Position numbers and translations under genes: made by a program. From positions 1-32,000 of the forward strand of contig CAVRAI010000003.1 of NCBI GenBank assembly GCA_963718915.1: a stretch of 32,000 nucleotides of DNA, written 5' to 3'. Below are positions 1 through 8,406 of the stretch, piece by piece. Below the pieces are notes generated by a model. It was not told the DNA's origin. It saw only the letters and a list, made by a program, of their open reading frames with translations, and searched no databases. Each line of letters starts with the position of its first letter. Position 1 is the stretch's first letter. The DNA is from an uncultured Chloroflexia bacterium (GTDB lineage: Bacteria; Chloroflexota; Ktedonobacteria; Ktedonobacterales; JADMIN01).

Positions 1-87
1 AGGCTGCGGTCGGCCCACCCCAACGGCAACAACCCAGCCTAAACGGGTATGAGCAGGCTATCTCTACCATCCAGGAGGGGGTGCGCT

Positions 88-627
88 ATGGAGTATCAGT
101 ACGAGCAGGCCGTCGAGATTCTGAGCCGGACGCCAGCGACCCTGACGGCGCTGCTGCGCGGGCTGCCTGAAGCATGGACGAAATGCGACGAGGGACCAGA
201 TACCTGGAGCGCCTATGATATCGTCGGGCATCTGTTGCACGGCGACGAGGCGGACTGGATCGAGCGCGCCCGCACCATCCTCGAGTATGGCGAGCAGCGC
301 CCCTTCAACTCATTCAATCGGACGGCGATGTTCGAGAAGTATCAGAGCTTCTCGCTCGATCAACTGCTCGTGGCCTTCGAGCAGGCGCGCACGAAGAATC
401 TGGCAACGCTGCGCGAGATGCATATCACCCCAGAGAAACTGGCTCTCAAAGGCACACATCCGACGCTGGGAAACGTCACACTGAGCCAGCTGCTGGCAAC
501 CTGGGTGGCGCATGACCTCAACCATCTCGGCCAGATCGTCGAGGTGATGGCGCGGCAGTATGCCGAGGCGGTTGGCCCGTGGAAAGCCTATCTCGCCATC
601 CTCACCCGGCCCATCCTCACCGAGTAG
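88..627 (+). CDS. DinB-family (DinB_2-like) protein
   Basis: ORF 49..627. His-containing motifs DIVGHLLHGD and AHDLNHLGQ are typical of the DinB four-helix-bundle His triad. AGGAGGGGG (73-81) lies 6 nt before ATG 88, so the start is moved in from 49. Confidence 0.75.
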   Translation: MEYQYEQAVEILSRTPATLTALLRGLPEAWTKCDEGPDTWSAYDIVGHLLHGDEADWIERARTILEYGEQRPFNSFNRTAMFEKYQSFSLDQLLVAFEQARTKNLATLREMHITPEKLALKGTHPTLGNVTLSQLLATWVAHDLNHLGQIVEVMARQYAEAVGPWKAYLAILTRPILTE

Positions 628-633
628 CGGCCG

Positions 634-1452
634 CTACGCGATGCTGCCGAGCAAGGCGGCGGATGGGACATCGGCGGTGATGAAGCTAACAGCCATGGCG
701 ATCACGTCGCGGTCGCGCAGGATGCGGCGGTGGCCCAGTCCCTCGGTGACGTAGAGTCTGGCGTCTGGCCAACTGGCGGCGATAGCCTGCGCGTCGGCGA
801 ACGGCACGTCGGCGTCGGCGGGGTCATGGATAATGAGCGCGGGTGTGGTGAGTGTCGCACCGACGTGCGCGATATCGAGCATGTCAGCAGGCTCGCCGGC
901 ATGCTCACCCACCAGTTGATAGAAACGCTCGGCCACAGGCTCCGGAAGTTGCGCCACCTGCGCGAATCGACGCAACACACCCGCGAGCGACGATGGCCCC
1001 GCGATCAACACGACGCGCTCGGCCACCAATCCTTGTCGCAGCGCCAGCGCCGTGCTCGCCGCGCCCATCGAGTGGGCGATCACGCCCGCCAGCGGTCCAA
1101 GCTCCTGCCCGACATCGAGGAGCGCACGGGCGAAGTCTACCGGATTCGTCTGCTCGCCCGATGACTCGCCATGCGCGGGGCCATCCAGCGCGATCACCTG
1201 ATAGCCCGCGGCGGTAAGCGGCGCGATAAACATGCCCAGGTTCATGCCTCGGCCCTCCCAGCCATGAACGAGCAGCACGCGCGGTCCCGCGCCGTACGAT
1301 CTGGCGACCAGCCCATTGGCGAAGGTGATCGGCTTACCCCGCCGGAGCAAATCGGCCTCCCAATCACGCGGCGCGAGCCGCCGTGGGGTCATAAACAGCT
1401 GAAGCGCCGCGCGCGCCTGATGCTCAATATCCTCAATATCCTCAACGTCCAT
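634..1452 (-). CDS. alpha/beta hydrolase
   Basis: HGWEGRG oxyanion-region motif, nucleophile elbow AHSMGA (G-x-S-x-G) and C-terminal GLGHRR His. AGGAGAA lies 6 nt upstream of the ATG at 1452; the ORF-track start at 1503 is probably too long. Confidence 0.8.
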   Translation of the reverse strand: MDVEDIEDIEHQARAALQLFMTPRRLAPRDWEADLLRRGKPITFANGLVARSYGAGPRVLLVHGWEGRGMNLGMFIAPLTAAGYQVIALDGPAHGESSGEQTNPVDFARALLDVGQELGPLAGVIAHSMGAASTALALRQGLVAERVVLIAGPSSLAGVLRRFAQVAQLPEPVAERFYQLVGEHAGEPADMLDIAHVGATLTTPALIIHDPADADVPFADAQAIAASWPDARLYVTEGLGHRRILRDRDVIAMAVSFITADVPSAALLGSIA

Positions 1453-1507
1453 CGGGAATTCTCCTGCGACTGACCAATGCGGGTCCATGGTATTGCATGC
1501 CATTTAC

Positions 1508-1546
1508 ATGATAGCTATCATATATATATGGCAGGTATCATATACC
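1508..1546. promoter_or_regulatory. candidate TetR operator pair flanking an (AT)5 -10-like tract in the divergent hydrolase/TetR intergenic region
   Basis: Perfect 14-bp palindrome ATGATAGCTATCAT (1508-1521), an (AT)5 run (1520-1529), and the inverted repeat GGTAT-CAT-ATACC (1534-1546). TATCATATA recurs at 1516-1524 and 1536-1544, a 20-bp period. Confidence 0.55.
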
Positions 1547-1597
1547 GCGTCAAGGTAGCCAGGGAACATTTTTAGAGCGACGCGATGGGGGTAAACT

Positions 1598-2227
1598 ATG
1601 CGGCGGTCAAAGCAGGCGAAACAGCAGACACACACGCGCATCGTCGCGGCAGCCACGCGCCGGTTTCGCGCCGGAGGGATCGCTGGCGTGGGCGTCGCCG
1701 ACGTGATGGGCGAGGCTGGCCTGACCCATGGCGGCTTTTACGCGCACTTCGCCAGCAAAGACGCGCTGGTGGCGGAGGCGTGCGGCGCGGGGCTGGCGCA
1801 GTCACGCGAGCGGCTCATCCGCAAGATTCGGCAAGCGCCGACGGAGAGGCGATTGGCTGCCTTCATTGACCTCTATCTCAGCGCCGACCATCGCGACCAC
1901 CCTGAGACGGGTTGTGTGATGCCCGCGCTCTCCGGTGAAGTCGCGCGTTCGTCCAGAGAGGTGCGCGCCGCATTCACCCAGGCCTATAACGACTATCGCG
2001 ATGCGCTGGCCTCGTTGCTGCCAGATGCTGGCGACGCTGGGCCGTCTGAGGTGTCTGAGGTGTCTGATGAGGCGATGGTGCTGCTGGCCGGGCTGGCGGG
2101 GACGATGCTGCTGGCGCGCGCGGTGGATGATCCAGCGCTGAGCGAGCGGATGTTGCGGGTCAACCGCGAATACTACAAACGCGCGTTTTCAGGTCGTCCC
2201 GACTCTGACGCGAAGCCCCAGGGGTAG
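1598..2227 (+). CDS. TetR/AcrR family transcriptional regulator
   Basis: N-terminal HTH signature RIVAAATRRFRAGGIAGVGVADVMGEAGLTHGGFYAHFASKDALV. GGGGG SD lies 6 nt upstream of the ATG. The gene is divergent from the hydrolase. Confidence 0.9.
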   Translation: MRRSKQAKQQTHTRIVAAATRRFRAGGIAGVGVADVMGEAGLTHGGFYAHFASKDALVAEACGAGLAQSRERLIRKIRQAPTERRLAAFIDLYLSADHRDHPETGCVMPALSGEVARSSREVRAAFTQAYNDYRDALASLLPDAGDAGPSEVSEVSDEAMVLLAGLAGTMLLARAVDDPALSERMLRVNREYYKRAFSGRPDSDAKPQG

Positions 2228-2356
2228 CCGCCAGCTTCCATGTAGTTGTGTTCCATAGGCACTCATCTGCGTTGGCAGGCGAGCATCACCGTCGCGTACT
2301 ATCTTTGGCAAGGGTTGATGTCAGGCTGTGATGGCAGACTGAAGGGGAGATCGCTG

Positions 2357-3139
2357 GTGGCACGCAAGATTCGCGTCGGGATGCAGTTCCATCCCCAGCA
2401 TACGATGGTTGAGACATTGCTCGCGGGCGCGCGCAGGGCCGAGGAGATTGGGCTGGATACGCTCTGGGACTGGGACCATTTCTTCCCGCTCTATGGTGAC
2501 AAAGACGGGCCGCATTTCGAGGGCTGGACGCTGCTCACGGCGATGGCGATGGTGACGCAGCGCGCTGAAATTGGCTGCCTGGTCACCTGCAATAGCTATC
2601 GCAATCCAGCGCTGCTCTCGAATATGGCGAAGACGGTTGACCATCTCAGCGGCGGGCGGCTGATCCTGGGCATTGGCGCGGGCTGGAATCAGCGCGACTA
2701 TCGCGAGTATGGCTACGAGTTTGGCACGGCGGGCACTCGGCTGGACGCGCTGGAGCAGGCGCTACGGATCATCAAAGAGCGTTGGGCGGTTGACGCGCCG
2801 CCTCCGGTACGCAACCCTATTCCCATCTTGATTGGCGGCGGTGGCGAGCGGAAGACGCTGCGTCTCGTCGCGCAGTACGCCGACATCTGGCATAGCTTTG
2901 GCGATGCGGAGACGCACGCGCGCAAGTCGCAGGTCTTACGGGACTGGTGCGAGCGGATTGGGCGCGATCCCGACGAGATCGAGCATGCGGTTGAGGTAGG
3001 GTCGGGCGCCTCGGAGAAAGACCTGGATGCCTATGTCGAGGCTGGGGCCACCCATCTGATGATGGCCGGTTCAGCCACCCCCGAGAAGTTCTACGACATG
3101 GAGTGGCTGGTGCGCTGGCGCGACAAACGCAATGGGTAG
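2357..3139 (+). CDS. LLM-class (luciferase-like) flavin/F420-dependent oxidoreductase
   Basis: Family-typical motifs LDTLWDWDHFFP, NSYRNPALLSNMAKTVDHLSGGRLILGIGAGW and ILIGGGGERKTLRLVAQYADIWH. AAGGGGAGA (2342-2350) precedes GTG 2357; the ORF-track TTG 2246 start is unlikely. Confidence 0.85.
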   Translation: MARKIRVGMQFHPQHTMVETLLAGARRAEEIGLDTLWDWDHFFPLYGDKDGPHFEGWTLLTAMAMVTQRAEIGCLVTCNSYRNPALLSNMAKTVDHLSGGRLILGIGAGWNQRDYREYGYEFGTAGTRLDALEQALRIIKERWAVDAPPPVRNPIPILIGGGGERKTLRLVAQYADIWHSFGDAETHARKSQVLRDWCERIGRDPDEIEHAVEVGSGASEKDLDAYVEAGATHLMMAGSATPEKFYDMEWLVRWRDKRNG

Positions 3140-3158
3140 TGGGGGCGGTGGCTGCTTG

Positions 3159-3206
3159 GCGGCGCGTATCTCCATGGGACACGCGCCGCAGGCTGAAGCC
3201 CTGCGG
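3159..3206 (+). terminator. candidate stem-loops downstream of the LLM gene (no U tract)
   Basis: GCGGCGCGT (3159-3167) pairs with ACGCGCCGC (3181-3189). An overlapping CCGCAGG (3186-3192) pairs with CCTGCGG (3200-3206). Confidence 0.3.
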
Positions 3207-3387
3207 CTAATCCCCATCGTTCAGGAATCAGCGAGAGAGCATACCAGGGCCAGGATGGGTTGTGGCGGTTCAAGCGGGCTGGAAGGCTAGGTCTTTGGCC
3301 CCAACGTTTGCTTTGTTTGACCACCGCCCGTGGATATGTTATTCCTGCTTGCAGGGCAGCTTTTCCGCTTGTATGCCAATTTTTTGA

Positions 3388-4532
3388 ATGGAGTTCTACG
3401 TGCGGCTTTCTCATGTGCGCTGGCATTTGTATATTGTGTTTCCGAAATCTATCGCGCTCTTCATTGTAGCAGTGACTATTGCAGCAGCCGTTTCAGGATG
3501 TCGTGTCGCGCAATCGCCACCTGCCGTTTTTACTCCTGTAACAGCACTTGCTGCCAACCCTAAGCAGGCCATGCCCTCGATCATGCTCGGCGCCGCTGTG
3601 GATTACAACTATCTCGTCAATGATGCGAAGTACCGTGAGACGCTCAAGAGCAACTTTTCGCTGTTGGTTCCCGAAAACGACATGAAATTCGCGGCATTGG
3701 AGCCGTCTCAGGGCGTGTTTGACTTCTCCAGAGGGGATGCGCTGGTCAATTTCGCCCATAGCAATGGTATGTGGGTTCGAGGGCATAACCTGGTATGGGG
3801 GGAGCATTTGCCCGACTGGCTCACGCACGGCAAATTCAGCCGTGACCAAGTCATTGCTATTCTGAAAAATCACATTGAGACCGTCGTCCAACACTATCGT
3901 GGCAACGTCATCGCATGGGACGTTGTAAACGAGCCGTTCGATGGCGCGCATTTACGCGACACCTTCTGGCTTCGTGCGATAGGGCCAGACTATATCGCGA
4001 TGGCTTTCACCTGGGCGCATGAGGCTGATCCAAATGTGAAGTTGTATCTCAATGACTTCGGCGACGATGAGATTGGCCCGAAGTTCGATGCAATCCTGAA
4101 CCTCGCAACCAGTCTACGCAAGCAGCATGTGCCTATTGATGGCATTGGCATGGAAATGCACATCGGATTCGGAGCGCCTGCTAATCCCCATGCTGTCGCA
4201 GTGAACATGGGCCGACTCAAAGCGACCGGGCTGGAGGTCGAGGTGACGGAGCTTGATGTTCAGATCCACAATCTTCCCGGCTCCCTCAAGGATAAACTGA
4301 ACGAGCAGGCGACCATCTATGGCGAGATGGCATCGGTATGTCGCAATGTAGGGAATTGTGACGCATTCATTACCTGGGGTCTCACCGACCGAATACCTGG
4401 CTCACGTCAATCCTGAACCATCCCGACGCGCCACTTCTCTTCGACCAGAATTATAACCCCAAGCCCGCATTCTTCGCCGTTAAATCAGCCTTGTATGGCT
4501 TATCCACAGCCACCGTCACAGCCACGCCGTGA
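3388..4532 (+). pseudogene. GH10 endo-1,4-beta-xylanase-family lipoprotein, interrupted by a 1-nt frameshift near 4390-4397 (or a sequencing error)
   Basis: GH10 motifs ENDMKFAALEP, GHNLVW, WDVVNEPF (acid/base Glu), YLNDFG, IDGIGMEMH, VTELDV (nucleophile Glu) and ITWGLTD. Lipobox AVSGC follows a hydrophobic segment. The ORF-track frame stops at 4416, but another frame continues NTWLTSILNHPDAPLLFDQNYNPKPAFF to TGA 4530-4532. The start may be GTG 3400 (TGGAG lies 6 nt upstream). Confidence 0.85.
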
Positions 4533-4577
4533 AGTGTTGTGCGCGCATGCATTGCCCGCCATTTGGCGCGATTCATG

Positions 4578-6185
4578 TTAGGTGATTGTGGCTTGTCCCT
4601 CTCCTGTGATTTCCTTATTAGGAGAGGGTTTTTTGGAACGACATTTTTTGCTGGAATGGATGCCATACCATCCCTTGCGAATGAATCCGGCGAGAAATAT
4701 CCCATAGAACAGCGCCCAATAGGCTGAACCGAGGTCAAAACTGGTCAATATCGGCGTAGTGAGCAGGCCATATATCATCGATCCTGCGATAAGGCCAAAG
4801 AGGAGTATCTGCGGCAACGTATGCCACCAGTACCATGCGACCCGATTGTTTTTGCGTGTCACGCGGTAGATCGGTTTGCGATTGGGGCCATTCAGCAAGG
4901 CAACGACGCATGCCTTGATATAGATTGGCGTCAGGCCTATCCACATCTCACGCTGACGCAGCAATGCTTCATAGCGCTGACGGCCATTCAATGTCGCCAG
5001 AAACACCTCGATAGAAAGCGCAAATGGCCAGAAGTGAATCGCATAATCTAAATTAGTCGTCGTCAGGGGATAGATTTGCAGGGCAAGGCTAGTTGCCAGC
5101 GTGATGAGGATTGTCACGACCGTTAGACTCTGCATATAGAAGAGCCCCAGTTCTATGAAATGGAGGCGCTGGCGCAGGTTTAAACCGCGAAAATTGCCCC
5201 AGAAGAACAGACGCATAGTGTCAAGCGCCCAGGTACCCGACTGTTTGTAGACATTGGGAATATCTTCTGGAGCCGTCTGGCCGATTGCCCCGACTATCGG
5301 CAGGTAGACGCCCCGCCAGCCGCGCCGAAGCGCCTCAACCCCAGATTGTAAGTCCTCAACCAGATTCCAGGTTGGGAATCCACCAATATCAATCAGCGCC
5401 GCTGTGTGCCAGACCAGGCCTGATCCACAGGGAATGACCGCATTGGATGCGTGCCGTGCCAGCATCGTGCCTCTGTAGAAGACGCCATTGAGATTGGCGA
5501 ACGGATCTCCAGGGCTGACGCGAGCCTCTTTGATGGTCTGCACATAGGCAACCCTCATATCGGCTATGATCTGGCCGACACAATGTCGAAGGAACTCCCA
5601 GTCACCTACCTCGTCATCGGCGTCGCGCGTCTCAATGAACTGGATATGGGGGTAGCGATGTACGATGAGATTGAGCGCCGAGTTGAGATTACCCGCCTTC
5701 GCCTCACCACGTCGTTCTGGCGAGCCACGGAGGGGTGGCTCATGATACAGCACGACCGCCTCTCGATAGACGCGCCGCAGTTCAAAAACGGCCGATTCAA
5801 GCTCCGTCGAGTGCGCATCATCAGAAATGACAAGGGTAATCCTGTTATTAGGCCACTTCTGCTGGAGGACTGATTCCGCCGTCCGCGCGACCATCTGGGG
5901 CGGTTCGCCCGCCGTGGGTATGATTACCGCAACATCCGGCTCGTCACCTTCCGGGACGAAGTAGACTGGCGGGGCGCTTCGGCGCCAGTTGTTGACGAAG
6001 GCCACCAACGTTGCAATGACAATGAGCAGATTCGCGCCAGCAAACGGAATAGCAAGCCAGAGCGCCGAAGTGTTCATACTCAAGAACAGCCATGGGCCAA
6101 ACCAGATAGCTCCAAGTATCAGGATGAATCCCGCCAGACGTATTGGCCAGTTCCTGATCTTGCCGTCAAGGGCATGCGTGGCCAT
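4578..6185 (-). CDS. cellulose-synthase-like processive family-2 glycosyltransferase (integral membrane)
   Basis: Motifs VAVIIPTAGEP, SDD, AKAGNLN, DAD (ETRDADD), CGSGLVWHTAALIDIGGF, VEDLQSG and QSGTW in place of Q-x-x-R-W. There are two N-terminal and several C-terminal hydrophobic helices. No PilZ-like C-terminus is recognisable. AAGGAGG (6194-6200) lies 8 nt before the ATG at 6185. Confidence 0.85.
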   Translation of the reverse strand: MATHALDGKIRNWPIRLAGFILILGAIWFGPWLFLSMNTSALWLAIPFAGANLLIVIATLVAFVNNWRRSAPPVYFVPEGDEPDVAVIIPTAGEPPQMVARTAESVLQQKWPNNRITLVISDDAHSTELESAVFELRRVYREAVVLYHEPPLRGSPERRGEAKAGNLNSALNLIVHRYPHIQFIETRDADDEVGDWEFLRHCVGQIIADMRVAYVQTIKEARVSPGDPFANLNGVFYRGTMLARHASNAVIPCGSGLVWHTAALIDIGGFPTWNLVEDLQSGVEALRRGWRGVYLPIVGAIGQTAPEDIPNVYKQSGTWALDTMRLFFWGNFRGLNLRQRLHFIELGLFYMQSLTVVTILITLATSLALQIYPLTTTNLDYAIHFWPFALSIEVFLATLNGRQRYEALLRQREMWIGLTPIYIKACVVALLNGPNRKPIYRVTRKNNRVAWYWWHTLPQILLFGLIAGSMIYGLLTTPILTSFDLGSAYWALFYGIFLAGFIRKGWYGIHSSKKCRSKKPSPNKEITGEGQATIT

Positions 6186-6220
6186 CTCGTACACCTCCTT
6201 GTGACTGGGTAGGCAAGCTG

Positions 6221-7879
6221 CTAGAGTTTGGCCACATTTACCCAGACAGTTGTTTGTACTGGGTAGGTGACGAAATCGAGGGAATGTCCGAGTTGGGTGA
6301 CCTTGCTAGTATTGGTAAATACCTCCTTGAAGGAGCCACAGGCCTGGATCTGTTGGCGTACGGTATTGGACCAACTGATGCCACCAACTTCATCAACGAA
6401 CCAGCCCGCTGAGCACACACTACCTTTGAATTCACCATGCGCGACTCTATAGGTGTCATAAATATCCCACGGGGATCGCAAGTTACCATTGCGGTACAGC
6501 GTCATCTGATAGGGTGCGGCGTCGCTTGCCAGTATCACTTGTCCAGGCCGAACATGGGTAGCAAGGTATTGAGCGGCTGGGCGAGTATCTGGCCAGCCGC
6601 GATCCATTTGCATTGCCTGAGCAATCCCTGCGTAGGCCATGACGAGCAGCGCGACAATGACCACACCGCGTCGTAGCCAGCGCCAGCTCCCTGGCCTGAG
6701 CCAGATCACTGCGAACATCGCGCCGATGAGTGGATATCCGAACAAGAACCCAAACACCTGGTGCTTCTCTTCGCTTACCACGTTATCGATGAGGAAATGA
6801 TAGGCTGGCCAGAGCAGCAGGCCCCCGATAAGAATGGTAATGAGCAGGTGCTTGTTTTTGCTGGTAAACCATGTTACGAGCGCCGCGATGCCAGCTAATA
6901 GCCATGCCAGCCCTCCATACCAGAGGATTGAGAAACGGACAGTCGCCGTTGTTGCGCCGAAAGAAGGGTTGTTCTCCTGGCGCCAAAGCAGAAACTGCAC
7001 CAGCTGCTCGCGTAAAGGCAGTACATACATGAGCAGCAGTGCGATGCTCGCAGACAGCAGGATGAACAGATCAGCCTGAGCGCGCTTTCGACGTAATGCA
7101 AAGACCACTCCCACCAGCGGCGTGAGGCACAAGATCATGGGGTATTTTGCGATAACCGCGATGGCGAAGGCCAACACAGCGACCAGCAACCAACGCCGTT
7201 CATTCTTTCGACCCATTCTGGAGACTGCCCAGAAGCTCACAGCTACGCCGACCAATGCGAGTTGATCGTAGACGGCGAGATGCGCCAGATAAATGACCGG
7301 GCCGCTCACTGCAAGCGCGAGCGCGGTCCACAGTTGCGCCGGTTCGCCAAAGAGATTGCGCGCTGCCCTGGCGCTTGCAAAGATGGCGAGCGATGTACAG
7401 GCGAGAGCAATGAGTCGTGCGCCCACCAATCCACCCACAATGTAGCCACCGGCAGCGATCACGGGCCACAGGAGCGATCCGGCGAACCAGGTGAGGTAGT
7501 TATCGGTAAGGCCGTAGCCCTCGATCGTGCGCATCCCAGCAAAAATATAGATGCTCTCGTCACCAAATGGCCCTGTCTGCTGGCGTAGAATGAGCACAAC
7601 CTCGAAAGTGACGAAGAGCATCAACACTGCCATCGTGGCCCAAAGATAGGCCAGAGCGAGGCGGCGACTTGCTGCAGACACCATCATCGATGGGAGTACC
7701 GTCGTCGGCTGTTGACTGATGGTACCCTGGATGAAGTATGGCAAGGCCCGCGTAGCGGCAAGAGCACCATAGGTGAATTCGACGATGGCCACGCGCTGCG
7801 ACAGGGAGAGTTGCGAAGTGTGCTGGAGTGTCGTGGTGAACTCGTCGAACTCGATCTCTGAGGGAATACTCGCGGCCAT
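6221..7879 (-). CDS. GT-C fold glycosyltransferase (GT39/ArnT/PMT_2-like) polytopic membrane protein
   Basis: More than 10 hydrophobic segments, a GDESIY (D-E) motif after the first TM typical of GT-C enzymes, and a C-terminal soluble domain of about 130 aa. ATG 7879 is preceded by GGAGA. It sits 35 nt upstream of the GT2 gene on the same strand. An alternative start is ATG 7687. Confidence 0.7.
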   Translation of the reverse strand: MAASIPSEIEFDEFTTTLQHTSQLSLSQRVAIVEFTYGALAATRALPYFIQGTISQQPTTVLPSMMVSAASRRLALAYLWATMAVLMLFVTFEVVLILRQQTGPFGDESIYIFAGMRTIEGYGLTDNYLTWFAGSLLWPVIAAGGYIVGGLVGARLIALACTSLAIFASARAARNLFGEPAQLWTALALAVSGPVIYLAHLAVYDQLALVGVAVSFWAVSRMGRKNERRWLLVAVLAFAIAVIAKYPMILCLTPLVGVVFALRRKRAQADLFILLSASIALLLMYVLPLREQLVQFLLWRQENNPSFGATTATVRFSILWYGGLAWLLAGIAALVTWFTSKNKHLLITILIGGLLLWPAYHFLIDNVVSEEKHQVFGFLFGYPLIGAMFAVIWLRPGSWRWLRRGVVIVALLVMAYAGIAQAMQMDRGWPDTRPAAQYLATHVRPGQVILASDAAPYQMTLYRNGNLRSPWDIYDTYRVAHGEFKGSVCSAGWFVDEVGGISWSNTVRQQIQACGSFKEVFTNTSKVTQLGHSLDFVTYPVQTTVWVNVAKL

Positions 7880-8406
7880 TCTCCGCCGGATAGTGGGCAG
7901 CCGCTGTGACCTCCGAAGGCACCAACGTCGGCAGATCTCGGTCGGAGCCTATGAGGCGCGCTACAATGTTCACTCTTTTCGGGCGACAACACAAGTGCCA
8001 AGTCAATGAGGCTGAACAATTGTGTTTGGAGTGAGGCTGCAAGCTCTTTGCGGCTGAGCACGGTTGTCACGCGAGCGCTAGCTGCGAGAATCTCCGTCTC
8101 AATCTCCTGGAAGTCAAGACTCTTGGTCGCATCCCTGGTCGTAGCGATGATCTCCGTCTCGATCTCCTGGAAGTCAAGACAGCCTGTCGTTTGCAGGGTG
8201 TCGAGCCGAGTGTCCCACTTTGTTGCGAGTTGCGATACCGCATTACGGAAGTCCGGTGCGACTTCATCTACTACGTCATGGCTACTCGGTGATCGATCTG
8301 GCTGGTTCTCGCTAGTGTGTCCTGAAAGGTTTGGAAAGCTTTGGGGAGCATCTGTTGTTCTTCGCCGAGGCTCCCCATATTTGGGCGGTATTCTTCTGTC
8401 ACTCAC
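7684..8406 (-). CDS. hypothetical acidic protein with a 20-aa tandem repeat (LDFQEIETEI); 3' end unresolved
   Basis: GTG-initiated 240-codon ORF. Its central part is helical and acidic with a duplicated LDFQEIETEI(I/L)A. The last 65 codons overlap the GT-C ORF and read as S/P/R-rich low complexity with lower third-position GC than the GT-C frame. Confidence 0.3.
   Translation of the reverse strand: MSDRRIPPKYGEPRRRTTDAPQSFPNLSGHTSENQPDRSPSSHDVVDEVAPDFRNAVSQLATKWDTRLDTLQTTGCLDFQEIETEIIATTRDATKSLDFQEIETEILAASARVTTVLSRKELAASLQTQLFSLIDLALVLSPEKSEHCSAPHRLRPRSADVGAFGGHSGCPLSGGEWPRVFPQRSSSTSSPRHSSTLRNSPCRSAWPSSNSPMVLLPLRGPCHTSSRVPSVNSRRRYSHR
8081..8180. repeat. tandem direct repeat, 60-bp period, about 1.7 copies
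   Basis: The 30-bp cores tctccgtctcaatctcctggaagtcaagac (8091-8120) and tctccgtctcgatctcctggaagtcaagac (8151-8180) differ at 1 position. Weaker similarity extends 10 bp upstream of each core. Confidence 0.9.

Noticed and set aside
8081-8180. Whether any of the tandem repeats (8081-8180, 21776-21809, 22698-22723, 27523-27549) represents a CRISPR array.
   Set aside because: Each has only 2-4 directly abutting or coding copies, there is no repeat-spacer alternation, and there are no cas genes.
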